Assembly (NCBI GenBank): GCA_965277685.1
Contig: OZ255830.1
Coordinates: 761,617-825,616, forward strand
Direction: 5' to 3'
Length of the DNA: 64,000 nucleotides
Source of the DNA: Alphaproteobacteria bacterium
Lineage (GTDB): Bacteria; Pseudomonadota; Alphaproteobacteria; GM7ARS4; CBDIDI01
Shown here: piece after piece, positions 1 through 11,815 of the stretch
Numbering within the stretch: the stretch's first letter is position 1
Layout: the number at the start of each line of letters is the position of its first letter
Translations under genes and position numbers: made by a program
The notes under the pieces: model-generated
Database searches by the model: none
Seen by the model: only the letters and a program-made list of their open reading frames with translations
What the model was told of the DNA's origin: nothing

Positions 1-250
1 TCCCCTTTGGCGTTTCCTGGACGACGACCATATCTTGCGCCGTAAGGGCGATGAAATCGGAATCGGCCGCCAGACGCGGTGATGCGACGACGACAATATG
101 GTCCGGGCGCAATCGGCGGGCATTGGCAAGAACGTGACCAACGATGGCAAGGCCGGATACCGGCAGCATCGCTTTTAACCGATTCGGGCCGAGGCGTTTG
201 CCATGACCGGCGGCCAGAATAATCACCGCCAGAGGCTCACCCATCCGCAT
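1..250 (-). CDS. glmU: Bifunctional GlmU (N-acetylglucosamine-1-phosphate uridyltransferase), N-terminal part; runs off the window start
   Basis: Manual translation gives MRMGEPLAVIILAAGHGKRLGPNRLKAMLPVSGLAIVGHVL...VVVQETPKG, a nucleotidyltransferase LAAGxGxR motif. Not in the supplied ORF track because it is truncated. Confidence 0.8.
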   Translation of the reverse strand, partial: MRMGEPLAVIILAAGHGKRLGPNRLKAMLPVSGLAIVGHVLANARRLRPDHIVVVASPRLAADSDFIALTAQDMVVVQETPKG

Positions 251-304
251 CGCCCCTTAATCCAAACCCCCGGGTGTGAAAGCCACCATGCCCATCGTGT
301 CTTT

Positions 305-529
305 CGGGCCAAAAACGCCCGGGCCAAAAACGTGCGGGCCAAAAACATCCGGCCCAAAAAGACATGGGCCAAAAAGACACGGGCCAACAACGCCCGACCC
401 AAAAAGACACGGCCCAAAAACATCCGGCCCAAAAACGCCCGGCCCAGAGAGGTACGGGCCAACAACGCCCGGCACAAAAACGCCCAGCGCAAAAAGGTGC
501 GGGCCAAAAACGCATAGCCCAAAAAGGAT
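305..529. repeat. Intergenic tandem array, 15 copies of a 15-bp unit (CGGGCCAAAAACGCC-like)
   Basis: Units can be read directly at a 15-bp period from 305 to 529, between dapE and glmU. Confidence 0.95.
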
Positions 530-659
530 TTTCGTCATCATAATGCATAGATAGGTCGAAATCATCGATACTGGAACTCCTGACTTTTCTAGCACAGCTT
601 GCCCCCCTCTGAACAGGGACGGGGGGCTTTGAAACAAGCCCGAAAAGCGATATCCGATT

Positions 660-2117
660 CTATTTTTTAGGCCTGAAAAAAACCCGACCGCAAAGATCGT
701 CATAAATCTTTGTCAATGTTTCCAAATCATCGACCGGACACCGTTCATCGGTGGCGTGAATCGTCTTGCTGACCGGGCCGAATTCAACCACCGGACAATA
801 CCCATGGATGAAACGCGCGTCCGAAGTGCCCCCACCCGTTCCCGATTTCGGGCGCAATCGGGTGACCGAATGGATCGAATCGGCCACCATCGTCGCAAAT
901 ATATCGGCATCGACACGAAAAGGCTCGGCGTTGATATGAATGTCGAGATGATAAGGATGCCCGGCCTTGTCCAAGATTTCATGCAGGCGGGCCCCCAAGC
1001 GGGCGCCGCTCCAATGGTCGTTAAAGCGGATATTGAATACGGCCCGCGCCCGCTTGGGGATAACATTGGCGGCGCGATTGCCGACATCGACCGATGTAAT
1101 GGCGCAATGGGACGGCGCGAAAAAGGCACTTCCGTCATCCCATCGCGTTGTGCCGATCATCCCCAGCATTTCCAACAATGGCGGGATCGGGTTATCGGCC
1201 CGCTCGGGATAGGCCGAATGTCCGGCCCGACCGGTGACAATCAATTCCGCGCTGAGGCTGCCGCGCCGCCCAATCTTCATTTCCTCGCCGAGGCGATGGC
1301 TGTTGGTCGGCTCGGCCAGAAGGCAAAAATCGGGGATTTTTCCGTTTGCCTGCATCCACTCGAGGACTTTTGCGGTACCGTTAACCGCTTCGGCCTCTTC
1401 ATCCCCGGTAATCAGAAACGACACCGTTCCGGCAAACGCTCCGTCCGGGCATCGATTCAAAAAGCGGGCAAATCCCGCCACCGCACAGGCCACGGCACCC
1501 TTCATGTCAACCGCGCCGCGCCCGTGCAAAAATCCATCTTTGACCACGCCAGAAAAAGGCGGATGGCACCAATCGGCGGCGTTATCGGCCGGAACGACAT
1601 CGGTATGGCCGGCAAAACACAGATGCGGATGGGCATCACCGCCGCTTTCATGTCCCTCGGCATGTCCCCCATTACGCCCGCTTTCATGTCCCTCGGCACG
1701 CCCACCGTTATGTCCCTCGGCACGCCCGCTTTCATGTCCACCGCTATGTCCCCCATCATGCCCGCTTTCATGTCCCCCATTATGTCCCTCGGCACGCCTA
1801 CCGTCGTACCAGGCGAAAAGATTGACGATTTTTGCCCGATGCGTTCGCGGACGCGTGAACGCCGCACCGGTCGAAGGGGCATCCCCGGATCGCGCGTCTT
1901 GATCGGCATGGGCCGGTTGCTTTGCCTCGGCCTTGTTGGCCGATGGGCGCGCCGGAGCGGGATCATTTTCCCCGCCAAAGGGGAGGTGGCGGCATTGACA
2001 GCCAAGGTCGGTCAATGCCCGGGCAAGAATGGCCTGGGCACCGGCATCTTGGGGGGTGACACTGGCGCAGCGGACAAGATCGCGGGCAAGGGGGACCGGA
2101 TCGACCCACGCGGCCAT
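660..2117 (-). CDS. dapE: Succinyl-diaminopimelate desuccinylase with two insertions
   Basis: Motifs SVTP, LCFAGHTDVVP, GRGAVDMKG, ITGDEE, EPT, GRRGS, GGTSDARF, IHATDE. Start placed at MAAWVDP. Confidence 0.95.
   Translation of the reverse strand: MAAWVDPVPLARDLVRCASVTPQDAGAQAILARALTDLGCQCRHLPFGGENDPAPARPSANKAEAKQPAHADQDARSGDAPSTGAAFTRPRTHRAKIVNLFAWYDGRRAEGHNGGHESGHDGGHSGGHESGRAEGHNGGRAEGHESGRNGGHAEGHESGGDAHPHLCFAGHTDVVPADNAADWCHPPFSGVVKDGFLHGRGAVDMKGAVACAVAGFARFLNRCPDGAFAGTVSFLITGDEEAEAVNGTAKVLEWMQANGKIPDFCLLAEPTNSHRLGEEMKIGRRGSLSAELIVTGRAGHSAYPERADNPIPPLLEMLGMIGTTRWDDGSAFFAPSHCAITSVDVGNRAANVIPKRARAVFNIRFNDHWSGARLGARLHEILDKAGHPYHLDIHINAEPFRVDADIFATMVADSIHSVTRLRPKSGTGGGTSDARFIHGYCPVVEFGPVSKTIHATDERCPVDDLETLTKIYDDLCGRVFFRPKK
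1637..1805 (-). repeat. In-frame 12-bp-unit repeat in dapE (GHES/GHNG/RAEG)
   Basis: Repeated CATGTCCCTCGG/CATGCCCGCTTT units on the + strand. Confidence 0.9.
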
Positions 2118-2331
2118 GCTTTTATCGCGCCGCCCGCCGCGCGCGCCCTTATGCCCCAAGGGAATGCCCCGGAAGATGCTCGGGTAGATACCCCGATAGA
2201 TTCTCGGGGGAGTGCTCGCCGGTGGGCCCCTTTTTATGACCCCTACGCATGAACCCCATGATGCCCCCTATCATGATTCGGGACATTATTCGCATTACGT
2301 CCTTTGCCGGGCCGGGGCGTCATCATTCGCC

Positions 2332-2877
2332 CTAAAGCCGGGGAACCGTGACACCCTTTTGACCCATATATTTGCCCTTGCGATCCGCATAGGACACCTT
2401 GCATTGTCCGGATGCCTTTAGAAAAACAAATTGGGCCGCGCCTTCGTTCGAGTAAATTCGGGCCGGAAGCGGGGTCGTGTTCGAAAACTCGAGGGTAACG
2501 TGCCCCTCCCATTCCGGTTCCAACGGGGTGACGTTAACGATAATGCCACAACGGGCATAGGTCGATTTACCGAGACAAATAACCAAGACGTCCCGGGGGA
2601 TACGAAAATATTCGACCGTTCGGGCAAGGGCGAAAGAATTGGGGGGGATCACACAGCTATCGCCACGGCGATCGACAAATCCCTGCTGGCTGAATTGCTT
2701 GGGGTCAATCATGGCCGAATCAATATTGGTAAAGACCTTGAATTCATCGGCCACCCGGGCGTCATAGCCATAGGACGACAATCCATAGGAAATAACCCCC
2801 TCGCGGTTTTGGGCCGGGGCAAACGGTTCAATCATGCCATTCTTTTTCGCTTGGTCGGCGATCCAATAATCGGGCAT
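2332..2877 (-). CDS. dcd: dCTP deaminase
   Basis: [48 protein letters not shown]. The frame stays open upstream to 3153, so the start is uncertain. Confidence 0.95.
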   Translation of the reverse strand: MPDYWIADQAKKNGMIEPFAPAQNREGVISYGLSSYGYDARVADEFKVFTNIDSAMIDPKQFSQQGFVDRRGDSCVIPPNSFALARTVEYFRIPRDVLVICLGKSTYARCGIIVNVTPLEPEWEGHVTLEFSNTTPLPARIYSNEGAAQFVFLKASGQCKVSYADRKGKYMGQKGVTVPRL

Positions 2878-3166
2878 GACCCCGCCTTGGATCGGATCCT
2901 GCGGCGATGCCACCCCATTCTTTAGCGGCGAGAGCGACGGTTCCGTTGATGGGAGCCGTGAAAACCGATCGCTGTTTCGGCGGGCATTTTCCATCCCATT
3001 ACCGCGCGCGAACCGGCCGGCGGCATTGTCCTCTACTTGGCCATTTGCCCGGGCGAGCGGCCCGTTATTGGTTCGGGGCGATCGGGGGTTGGCACTGCCG
3101 TTTGTCTTGTCGTTTGTCTTGCGGGGCATCTTGCGGGGCGTCTTGCAGGGCATCGTTTGGAATATC

Positions 3167-3364
3167 CTACAGGGTGTTTTTCGAAGTGTTTTTCAAAGTG
3201 CCGTCGCCCTTGATGTCTTCGATTATCGGGCGAGGGGGGGTTATCGGGCAAGGGGGGTCGATCGGGCAAGGGGGGGCACCGACGGCGCGCGCGCCCGCGC
3301 CTTGCTTGCGCAATCGCAGATTACGGCGCAGAGCCGCGGCCCGCTGCTTATTCGATACATTCAT
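3167..3364 (-). CDS. Small alphaproteobacterial hypothetical protein ([12 protein letters not shown] type)
   Basis: The N-terminal [15 protein letters not shown] resembles the small conserved ORF often found upstream of dcd. Its ATG overlaps the greA stop. Confidence 0.55.
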   Translation of the reverse strand: MNVSNKQRAAALRRNLRLRKQGAGARAVGAPPCPIDPPCPITPPRPIIEDIKGDGTLKNTSKNTL

Positions 3365-3885
3365 GCTTTCGTCCCCCCATCTTTTTTGCCCGTATCGGCG
3401 GTTTCACCGTATTCGATCGCGCCGATCTTATAGACGCGCTCGCCCCCCGGCACCGACACGTCGACCTGGTCGTCGACTTTTCGTCCGATCAAGGCCTTGG
3501 CCAAGGGCGAATCGACCGAAATATGCCCTTTTTCCAGATCGGCTTCGGCCGCGCCGACGATCCGATAATGCATTTTATTGCCCCTATTCCCGTCGATTAA
3601 AAGAACGCGCGCGCCGAATTTGACGGTATCGCCGGAAAGATCGCCGACATCGATAATTTGCGCGTGGGAAATGCGATCCTCGAGGTATTGGACTCGGGTT
3701 TCAAGGAAACTCTGCTTTTCCCGGGCCGCGTGATATTCGGCGTTTTCCGAAAGATCGCCCAATTCGCGCGCTTGGGCGATCGCCTGGGTGATTTTGGGAC
3801 GCTCGACGGTCTTGAGCCGATGCAATTCTTGACGCAACGCGGCCAGACCTTCTTCCGTCATCGGATACCGTTTGGATGTGCTCAT
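3361..3885 (-). CDS. greA: Transcription elongation factor GreA
   Basis: [31 protein letters not shown]; conserved position downstream of carB. Confidence 0.97.
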   Translation of the reverse strand: MSTSKRYPMTEEGLAALRQELHRLKTVERPKITQAIAQARELGDLSENAEYHAAREKQSFLETRVQYLEDRISHAQIIDVGDLSGDTVKFGARVLLIDGNRGNKMHYRIVGAAEADLEKGHISVDSPLAKALIGRKVDDQVDVSVPGGERVYKIGAIEYGETADTGKKDGGTKA

Positions 3886-4005
3886 AATGCCCATTATATG
3901 CATTGCATGGAGGGCAAATCAAGGAGCGAGGGGGATTCTCGGAAAAGAGAATTTCCGAGAAAGGGGGGCGCCGCCAAAGACCCGGCCCGCGGCCATCATC
4001 GCCGC

Positions 4006-7000
4006 TTAATCGTCTTCGAGAACCACGGGGCGGGTGAAATAATGTTGCAGCGGCTTGACATCAAGGGGGCGGCGCCGAATTTCCCTTATCGCCGCCACCG
4101 CCGCGCGGGCCCCATGGATGGTCGTATAATAGGGAATCCGCGCTTTCAGTGCCGCCCGACGCAGGGTAAAGCTGTCCTTTATCGAACGGGTGCCGGCGGT
4201 GGTATTGATCACCATGGCGATCTCTTGATTATCGATCGCATCGACGATATGGGGGCTTCCTTGGCGCACCTTGCGCACCGTGCGCACATCGAGACCGCCG
4301 CCCTTTAACCAATCGGCCGTACCGCCGGTCGCGCCGAGGGTCAGGCCACCGGTGGCGATATCCCGGGCCAAGGCCAGGGTATCATCGGTTTTATCCGCAT
4401 CCCGCACCGAGAGAAGGATGCACCCGTGCAGCGGCAGGGCGGAATGGGCATCGATTTGGGACTTGGCAAAGGCCCGGGCGAATCCGTGATCCAGGCCCAT
4501 AATTTCCCCGGTCGATTTCATTTCCGGGCCGAGTAAGACATCGCTTTCGGGAAAGCGCGCGAACGGAAAGACCGCTTCCTTGACGGCCATATGATCGGGG
4601 TCGGATTGGGGCAGTTGGAATTGATCGAGCCGCGCGCCAAGCATCACCCGGGTCGCGATCGATGCCACCGGCACGCCGGTTGCCTTTGCGACAAAGGGGA
4701 TCGTTCGGCTTGCCCGGGGGTTGACCTCGAGCACGAAAATATCGCCCCGGTGAATGGCAAATTGGATATTAATCAATCCGATCACGCGCAAGGCCTTGGC
4801 GAGGATGCGCGTTTGCGCGCGCAGCTTATCGACCATCGCCGGCGAAAGGGAATAAGGCGGCAAGGAACAGGCGGAGTCACCGGAATGGATTCCGGCCTGC
4901 TCGATATGTTCCATCACCCCGGCGATATAAACATCGGTGCCGTCGCTGATGGCATCGACATCGACCTCGATCGCGCCGTCCAGATACGAATCGATCAATA
5001 CCGACGTGCCGGGGGAAACGGCAAGGGCATGATTGATGTATCGCTTTAACCCGTCTTGATCGTGGACGATTTCCATCGCCCGCCCGCCAAGAACGTAGGA
5101 CGGGCGCAGCAGCATCGGAAAGGCGATGGTGCGACCGGCCGCCATCGCCGCATCGACGGTCGTGACGATGGCGCCGCGGGTGCGTTTCAGCCCAAGTTGA
5201 TCCAAGAGATTTTGGAACCGTTGCCGATCCTCGGCCAAATCAATCGCATCGGGGGATGTGCCAAGCACCGCAATCTTGTGCCGCACCAATTCGTGGCTTA
5301 GCTTGAGGGGCGTTTGCCCACCGAACTGAACGATGACCCCGGCAAGGGTGCCCCGGCTTTGCTCGGCCTTGATGACGGCGATGACGTCTTCGGCGCTAAG
5401 AGGCTCGAAATACAAGCGATCGGACGTGTCGTAATCGGTCGATACGGTTTCCGGATTGCAGTTGATCATAATGCTTTCAACCCCGACTTCGCGCATTGCA
5501 AAAGCGGCGTGCACGCAGCAATAATCGAATTCGATGCCTTGCCCGATGCGATTGGGCCCACCCCCGAGAATGACCGCCTTGCGCCGGTCGCTGACCATGG
5601 CCTCGCAGTGCTTTGGATCCCCCTTCCAACTGGAATAAAGATAGGCGCTGTGGCTGGCGAATTCGGCGGCGCATGTATCGACCCGCCGGAACAAAGGCCG
5701 GTTATCGTCGGCATCGCCCCATACCCGGGCCCGGGCCCGGGCGGCATCGACCTTGGCCAAGCGGCTAAGGCGGGCATCGGAAAACCCCTGGCTTTTAAGG
5801 CGCCGCCATCCGTGCCGATCCTTGGGAAGCCCGTCTTTTATGATTGTTTTCTCGGTCTCTATCAGATCGGCAATGCGATCGACGAACCAAGGATCATAGC
5901 CACTGATTCGGGCGATCGTCGCCGCGTCCATATTGCGGCGCAGGGCCTCGCCGACCAACAGCAATCGGTCGGGGCGCGGGCGCGATAATTCGAAGGACAA
6001 TCGCTCGAGCACGCTTTTTTCATCGCGGGTTTCGTTTTTCGGTTTTTCGGGATCGCCCTTTTCGGTATTGCTCCGGCCGCCATCATCGGCAAAATCCGGC
6101 GGGGTTTCGTTTTTCGGATTTTCGGGATCGCCCTTTTCAGTATTGCTCCGGCCGCCATCATCGGCAAAATCCGGCGGGGTCTCAAGGCCGTCCAGACCCG
6201 TTTCCATCGATCGCAGGGCTTTTTGAAGGGACTCGCAAAAATCATGGCCGATGGCCATCGTTTCACCGACCGATTTCATCGACGTGCCGAGCAGCGGCTC
6301 ACTCGCCGGGAATTTTTCAAAGGTAAAGCGCGGGATTTTGGTCACGATATAATCGATCGTCGGCTCGAAAGAGGCCGGGGTCACGCCGGTGATGTCGTTA
6401 TCGAGTTCGTCCAACGTGTAGCCGACGGCCAATTTTGCCGCCACCTTGGCAATCGGAAAACCGGTCGCCTTTGACGCCAGCGCACTGGATCGCGATACCC
6501 GGGGGTTCATTTCGATGATGACTTGCTCGCCGGAAACCGGATCGACCGCAAATTGCACATTCGAGCCACCGGTTTCGACCCCGATTTCGCGCAGCACCGC
6601 CAAGGACGCGTCACGCATGCGCTGATACTCTTTGTCGGTCAGGGTAAGGGCCGGGGCAACGGTGATCGAATCGCCGGTATGCACGCCCATCGGATCGACG
6701 TTTTCAATACTGCACACGATAATCGCGTTATCGGCCCGGTCGCGCACGACCTCCATCTCGTATTCTTTCCAGCCGACAATCGATTTTTCGACCAGGATGC
6801 TTCCCTCCGGCGACAAGGCCAGGCCATCGGCGGCAATGCTCTCGAGGGTCGGCATATCCGGGGCCAACCCACCGCCACTGCCGCCAAGGGTAAAGGACGG
6901 GCGAATAATAAGGGGAAACCCCAATTCCCGCGCCGCTTTTTTGGCCTCGTCCAGACTGCGGGCCAGGATGCCGCGCACCGTCTTCAAGCCGATTGCCGCC

Positions 7001-7407
7001 ATCGCGTCGTTAAATTGATCGCGCGATTCCGCCTTTTCAATCGCCCGGGGATCGGCCCCGATCAATTCCACCCCATACCGATCCAGAATGCCTTTGCGGC
7101 TAAGCTCCATCGCCAGATTAAGAACCGTTTGCCCCCCCATGGTGGCAAGCAGCGCCTGCGGGCGTTCGCGACCGATGATGCGGGTGATGACGTCGGCGGT
7201 AAGGGGCTCGATATAGGTGGCATCGGCCAAATCCGGATCGGTCATGATCGTGGCCGGATTGGAATTGACCAGGATAATCCGATAGCCTTCGGCACGCAGG
7301 GCTTTGCACGCCTGGGTTCCCGAATAATCGAATTCGCATGCCTGGCCGATCACGATCGGGCCTGCCCCGATAATCAAAATCGAGGAAATATCACGTCTTT
7401 TCGGCAT
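4006..7407 (-). CDS. carB: Carbamoyl-phosphate synthase large subunit
   Basis: [67 protein letters not shown]. Confidence 0.99.
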   Translation of the reverse strand: MPKRRDISSILIIGAGPIVIGQACEFDYSGTQACKALRAEGYRIILVNSNPATIMTDPDLADATYIEPLTADVITRIIGRERPQALLATMGGQTVLNLAMELSRKGILDRYGVELIGADPRAIEKAESRDQFNDAMAAIGLKTVRGILARSLDEAKKAARELGFPLIIRPSFTLGGSGGGLAPDMPTLESIAADGLALSPEGSILVEKSIVGWKEYEMEVVRDRADNAIIVCSIENVDPMGVHTGDSITVAPALTLTDKEYQRMRDASLAVLREIGVETGGSNVQFAVDPVSGEQVIIEMNPRVSRSSALASKATGFPIAKVAAKLAVGYTLDELDNDITGVTPASFEPTIDYIVTKIPRFTFEKFPASEPLLGTSMKSVGETMAIGHDFCESLQKALRSMETGLDGLETPPDFADDGGRSNTEKGDPENPKNETPPDFADDGGRSNTEKGDPEKPKNETRDEKSVLERLSFELSRPRPDRLLLVGEALRRNMDAATIARISGYDPWFVDRIADLIETEKTIIKDGLPKDRHGWRRLKSQGFSDARLSRLAKVDAARARARVWGDADDNRPLFRRVDTCAAEFASHSAYLYSSWKGDPKHCEAMVSDRRKAVILGGGPNRIGQGIEFDYCCVHAAFAMREVGVESIMINCNPETVSTDYDTSDRLYFEPLSAEDVIAVIKAEQSRGTLAGVIVQFGGQTPLKLSHELVRHKIAVLGTSPDAIDLAEDRQRFQNLLDQLGLKRTRGAIVTTVDAAMAAGRTIAFPMLLRPSYVLGGRAMEIVHDQDGLKRYINHALAVSPGTSVLIDSYLDGAIEVDVDAISDGTDVYIAGVMEHIEQAGIHSGDSACSLPPYSLSPAMVDKLRAQTRILAKALRVIGLINIQFAIHRGDIFVLEVNPRASRTIPFVAKATGVPVASIATRVMLGARLDQFQLPQSDPDHMAVKEAVFPFARFPESDVLLGPEMKSTGEIMGLDHGFARAFAKSQIDAHSALPLHGCILLSVRDADKTDDTLALARDIATGGLTLGATGGTADWLKGGGLDVRTVRKVRQGSPHIVDAIDNQEIAMVINTTAGTRSIKDSFTLRRAALKARIPYYTTIHGARAAVAAIREIRRRPLDVKPLQHYFTRPVVLEDD
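6027..6180 (-). repeat. 75-bp tandem duplication (25 aa) inside carB
   Basis: [21 protein letters not shown](N/K)PKN occurs twice. Confidence 0.95.
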
Positions 7408-7415
7408 ATCGCACG

Positions 7416-9203
7416 CTATCCTTGACCGGATCCATCCTTTGCATGGGTGGTTGTTTGCTTTTCGCCTTTTTCATTTTGACCCCCGGTGTCGTGATTCTCG
7501 GTATTTTTATCCTGGGTATTTTTATCCCCGGTATTTTGACCCTGGGCTTTTTGCTCTTGGGCGTTTTGCCCCTGGGCTTTTTGACCCCCAGTATTTTGAC
7601 CTTGGGCGTTTTGACCTTTCGCCACGTATTTCCCGCTTAATGCCTCGTGGATCAAAGCGATGCTTTGGCCAATCCCGTAAAAGGCGATAAAGGAACCCAT
7701 CCGCGGGCCTTGATTCTGGCCGAGGAGGATTTCATACAATGCGCTAAACCAGTCTTTCAGGGAAGAAAAATTATGCTCTTTGCCGATCTCATAGACCATG
7801 TTTTGAATGGCCTCGGCCCGATCCGCCCCCCCTTCACGATCGCCATCATGACCATCCCTATCCGCGTCTTGCGCATCGATCGCGGCAAGGCGGCGGGATA
7901 ATTCTTCGATCGCTTTTTTTTCCCGCGCATCGGCCAAGCGATAGCGTTTATGCGGGGCGACAAATCGATGGTAATAACGCACCGCCTTTGCCACCATCGC
8001 ATCCAAAATCGGATCGCTTCCGGCGGTTAGGCGCCGATCGTAACGGGTTAAAAAATTCCACAAAATGACCTCGTCCCGCGCATCGGCCGCAGAGGCCAGG
8101 TTAAGCAGCATCGAATAGGCCGGGCGCGGCATATCGGCCGGCAGATCGCCGCCATGCACATGCCATGCCGGATTGTCGTATCGCTCGGCCGGGCTTTGCC
8201 TGCGCGCCCCGGCCAGGGCGCGCAGGTGATCATCGCTCATCCTTGGAATAATATCAAAATACAACCGCTTGGCCCGGGTCGGCGCATGATACATGAAAAA
8301 AGCAAGGCTTTGTTCCGTTCCGTATTCAAGCCAGGAATCGACCTCCAATCCATTGCCGCGGGATTTGGAGATTTTCTCCCCCTTCTCGTCCAGGAATAAT
8401 TCGTAAATCATGCCGAGAGGCGGCGCCCGGCCGAGAATACGACTGATTTTCGATCCCGTTTGCACCGAGTCCCGCAAATCTTTTCCCGCCATTTCATAAT
8501 CGACGGACATCGCCACCCAACGCATCGCCCAATCCGCCTTCCACTGCAATTTGCACCGCCCGCCAAGAATCGAGATCGTTTTTTCCTTGCCGCCGTCCGG
8601 ATCGCAATAGGTCAAATGATCGCCGGCCATCGCCACGACCTTTGCCTGAAGCACCCGGCCGCTATCCGGGCAAATCGGCAAAAAGGGGGAATAGGTCGCG
8701 CGTCTCTCCTTGCCCAAGGTCGCCGCAACCACGTCCCGTATCGTATCGTGATGGGCAAGAACGCGGCGCAATGTCGCGTCATACGCGCCGCTTTGATACA
8801 TCGCCGTCGCGCTGCAAAACCGATAATCAAAACCAAAGCGATCCAAAAAATCACAAAGCAACGCATTATTATGATCCGCAAAACTGGCGTGGCATCCGAA
8901 CGGGTCGGGAATGGCGCTAAGGGGTTTGTCGATATGGGCCGCCATGCGATCGCGACGGGGAATATTATCCGGCACTTTGCGCAAGCCGTCCATATCATCG
9001 GAAAAGACATAAAGGACGCTGTCGCCGCCGATCTCTCTCCAGGCGCGCCTGATCATCTGGGTGCGCACCACTTCGGCAAAGGTGCCGATATGGGGAAGTC
9101 CGGACGGGCCGTAACCGGTCGCAAAAACGACCTTCTTATCAACCCCGCCCAAATGCGCGGCCAAGCGCCGGGCCTCAAGAAACGGCCACGCCTTACTGGT
9201 CAT
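7416..9203 (-). CDS. lysS: Lysine--tRNA ligase, class I, with a repeat C-terminal tail
   Basis: [63 protein letters not shown]. Tail has [10 protein letters not shown] 15-bp units at about 7490-7618. Confidence 0.97.
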   Translation of the reverse strand: MTSKAWPFLEARRLAAHLGGVDKKVVFATGYGPSGLPHIGTFAEVVRTQMIRRAWREIGGDSVLYVFSDDMDGLRKVPDNIPRRDRMAAHIDKPLSAIPDPFGCHASFADHNNALLCDFLDRFGFDYRFCSATAMYQSGAYDATLRRVLAHHDTIRDVVAATLGKERRATYSPFLPICPDSGRVLQAKVVAMAGDHLTYCDPDGGKEKTISILGGRCKLQWKADWAMRWVAMSVDYEMAGKDLRDSVQTGSKISRILGRAPPLGMIYELFLDEKGEKISKSRGNGLEVDSWLEYGTEQSLAFFMYHAPTRAKRLYFDIIPRMSDDHLRALAGARRQSPAERYDNPAWHVHGGDLPADMPRPAYSMLLNLASAADARDEVILWNFLTRYDRRLTAGSDPILDAMVAKAVRYYHRFVAPHKRYRLADAREKKAIEELSRRLAAIDAQDADRDGHDGDREGGADRAEAIQNMVYEIGKEHNFSSLKDWFSALYEILLGQNQGPRMGSFIAFYGIGQSIALIHEALSGKYVAKGQNAQGQNTGGQKAQGQNAQEQKAQGQNTGDKNTQDKNTENHDTGGQNEKGEKQTTTHAKDGSGQG

Positions 9204-9308
9204 TGCCCCGTCTTGATCGACGGGACTTTCCTTTACCGGCATGATATCGCGTTCCTTGCTATAAAAAACATATTTTTAGTGTTATTAAGGAATAAAGAAC
9301 ACTTTTTA

Positions 9309-9336
9309 TTGACAGATTGCCTTTGGACAATAAACT
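9309..9336 (+). promoter_or_regulatory. Putative sigma70 promoter for the DUF2849-cysI-DUF934 operon
   Basis: TTGACA (9309-9314), 16 bp, TAAACT (9331-9336) in an AT-rich divergent intergenic region. Confidence 0.5.
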
Positions 9337-9488
9337 GGACAGGTGCCGTCGTAAATCGAATAATATCCCGGTTTCGAAAAAAACCCTCCGATCGCACCCC
9401 TCCTAATGGGAAAAGGTAACGGCAACGGTGCCGATCCGATGACGGGGGATAACGGTCAAATGAAATATTATGAACGGTATTATGAATC

Positions 9489-9998
9489 ATGGCGTCGGCA
9501 TCATATGAAATACGGGTCATAACTGCCAATCGTTTAATCGACGGCGAGGTCGTCTATTTGACACGGGAAGGCTGGGATACCGATATCAATCGGGCCGATA
9601 CCGGCCATGACGATGCGGCCGTCAAGGTACTCCTCGATCGGGCTTGGGCCGATGAAAAGCAATGCCGCATTATCAGCCCCTATTGGATTGGCGTCACCCG
9701 CCGCGATGGGGGCTTTGTTCCCGTTACCTGGCGCGAGGTCATCCGCACGCACGGGCCGGGCGTTGCCGTTATCGACGGGGTTATTCCCCATGCGCAGGGC
9801 AAATCGGGCTTTGCCCGGCCGGCACCCTCGCCCTGGGTAGGCGACACGGATGGCGATCTCGACGAAAGCGGCCCGCATATTGCCGATCGTCGGGCGGCCC
9901 GGCGATCGCCCTCTCATATCAAAAAAGGGCATATTAAGAAGGGGCATATAAAAAAGGGGCCAACCATAAAGGGGCCAACCATAAAGGAACCACGCTAA
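9489..9998 (+). CDS. DUF2849 family protein with low-complexity tail (HIKKG/PTIKG repeats)
   Basis: VITANRLIDGEVVYL and SPYWI-type motifs; lies directly upstream of a sulfite reductase hemoprotein. Confidence 0.8.
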   Translation: MASASYEIRVITANRLIDGEVVYLTREGWDTDINRADTGHDDAAVKVLLDRAWADEKQCRIISPYWIGVTRRDGGFVPVTWREVIRTHGPGVAVIDGVIPHAQGKSGFARPAPSPWVGDTDGDLDESGPHIADRRAARRSPSHIKKGHIKKGHIKKGPTIKGPTIKEPR

Positions 9999-11815
9999 TG
10001 TACCGCTACGATCAATTCGATCACACCCTCGTCACCCAGCGCGTCGATCAATTTCGCGACCAAGTGCAACGCCGCCTTGCCGGCGATCTCAGCGAGGAAG
10101 AATTCAAGCCGCTGCGGCTGATGAACGGATTATATCTGCAGCTGCATGCCTATATGCTGCGGGTCGCCATTCCCTACGGCGTCTTATCGTCCCGCCAAAT
10201 GCGTGCCCTGGCCACCATCGCCCGCACCTACGACAAGGACTATGGCCACTTTACCACCCGCCAAAACATCCAATACAACTGGATCAAATTGGAACAGATA
10301 TGCGATCTTCTGGCCGATCTTGCCCGGGTCGAAATGCACGCCATCCAAACATCGGGAAACTGCATTCGTAACGTCACCGCCGATCCGTGGGCCGGCGCAT
10401 GCCCGGATGAGGTCGAGGATCCGCGGATATATTGCGAAATCATCCGGCAATGGTCCACTTTTCACCCCGAATTTTCCTTTCTGCCCCGCAAATTCAAGAT
10501 CGCCGTCACCGCCGCCGAGCCCGATCGCGCCGCCGTTAAATTCCACGATATCGGTCTGATCATACGCCGGAATGGGCAGGGGCATGTCGGGTTTGAAGTT
10601 CTGGTCGGCGGCGGGCAAGGGCGCACCCCCCGCGTTGCCCAAACGATCCGCCCGTTTTTGGCGAAAACCGATCTTCTTTCCTATCTCGAGGCGATTTTGC
10701 GGGTCTATAACCGCTATGGTCGGCGCGATAACCTGTTTAAGGCGCGCATTAAAATTCTTGTCGAGAACCTCGGCATCGATGCGATGCGTGAAAAAGTCGA
10801 TGCCGAATGGCAGACCATGCGGGGGCCGATCGGTGCGGGCGGATTGGATTTGCCCCAGGCCGAAATCGATCGAATCCATGCCTATTTCACCCCGCCCGCT
10901 TGGAAAAATATCGCCCAAACGCCCGACAAAAACGAAGATGTGCGCTTGGACATGCGTGGGGGCGGGCGCGCGGGCGCCGCACCATCTGGGGTTAATGGCG
11001 ATCTTAATGGCGGCACCAAGGCGGATCGTAATGGCGACACCAAGGCCGATCGTAATGGCCATGCCAATGGCGATCCTAGGGGCGATCTTAAGGGCGATCG
11101 TAATGGCGATTTTGATCGCTTCGTGCGCTATAACACCGCCCCCCACCGGCAGCCCGGATACGCGATTGTCACGATATCGCTGAAATCATCCGATATGCCG
11201 CCGGGCGATGCCGGCGCCGATCAAATGGACGCCATTGCCGATCTTGCCAAACGCTATTCCTTTGACGAGGTTCGGGTCACCCACAGTCAGAATCTCGTTC
11301 TTCCCCATGTCGAACAAACCGATATTGCCGCCGTCTGGCAAGAACTCTGCCGCATCGGCCTTGGCCATGCCAATATCGATATGATCTCCGATATTATTTG
11401 TTGTCCGGGAATGGATTATTGCGCCCTGGCCACCGCCCGTTCGATTCCGGTCGCCAAACGAATCCAAGACCATTTTCACGATCTTCGCCGCCAATATGAT
11501 ATCGGATCCCTGCAGATCAAGATTTCCGGCTGTATCAATGCCTGTGGCCACCATCACGCCGGTCATATCGGTATTCTCGGCGTCGATCGCCGCGGCGAGG
11601 AATATTATCAAATCACCCTTGGCGGCAGTGCCGATCATGACGCGACCGTCGGCCGCATCATCGGACCCGCGTTTTCCGCCCGCGATATCATCGGGGCGAT
11701 CGATACGATCGTTGCGACCTATCTCGATCTTCGCCGCGACGGCGAAATCTTTCTGCAAACGTGGCGCCGCATCGGTCTTGCCCCCTTCAAGGAGCGCCTT
11801 TATGCCGCTTCTTAA
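9998..11815 (+). CDS. cysI: Sulfite/nitrite reductase hemoprotein subunit (CysI type)
   Basis: MYRYDQFD, LRLMNGLYLQ, HFTTRQNIQ, TSGNCIRN, LPRKFKIA, CCPGMDYC, ISGCINACGHHH. Confidence 0.95.
   Translation: MYRYDQFDHTLVTQRVDQFRDQVQRRLAGDLSEEEFKPLRLMNGLYLQLHAYMLRVAIPYGVLSSRQMRALATIARTYDKDYGHFTTRQNIQYNWIKLEQICDLLADLARVEMHAIQTSGNCIRNVTADPWAGACPDEVEDPRIYCEIIRQWSTFHPEFSFLPRKFKIAVTAAEPDRAAVKFHDIGLIIRRNGQGHVGFEVLVGGGQGRTPRVAQTIRPFLAKTDLLSYLEAILRVYNRYGRRDNLFKARIKILVENLGIDAMREKVDAEWQTMRGPIGAGGLDLPQAEIDRIHAYFTPPAWKNIAQTPDKNEDVRLDMRGGGRAGAAPSGVNGDLNGGTKADRNGDTKADRNGHANGDPRGDLKGDRNGDFDRFVRYNTAPHRQPGYAIVTISLKSSDMPPGDAGADQMDAIADLAKRYSFDEVRVTHSQNLVLPHVEQTDIAAVWQELCRIGLGHANIDMISDIICCPGMDYCALATARSIPVAKRIQDHFHDLRRQYDIGSLQIKISGCINACGHHHAGHIGILGVDRRGEEYYQITLGGSADHDATVGRIIGPAFSARDIIGAIDTIVATYLDLRRDGEIFLQTWRRIGLAPFKERLYAAS

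Noticed and set aside
7416-9203. Class I lysyl-tRNA synthetase as a sign of horizontal transfer
   Set aside because: Class I LysRS is normal in many alphaproteobacteria.
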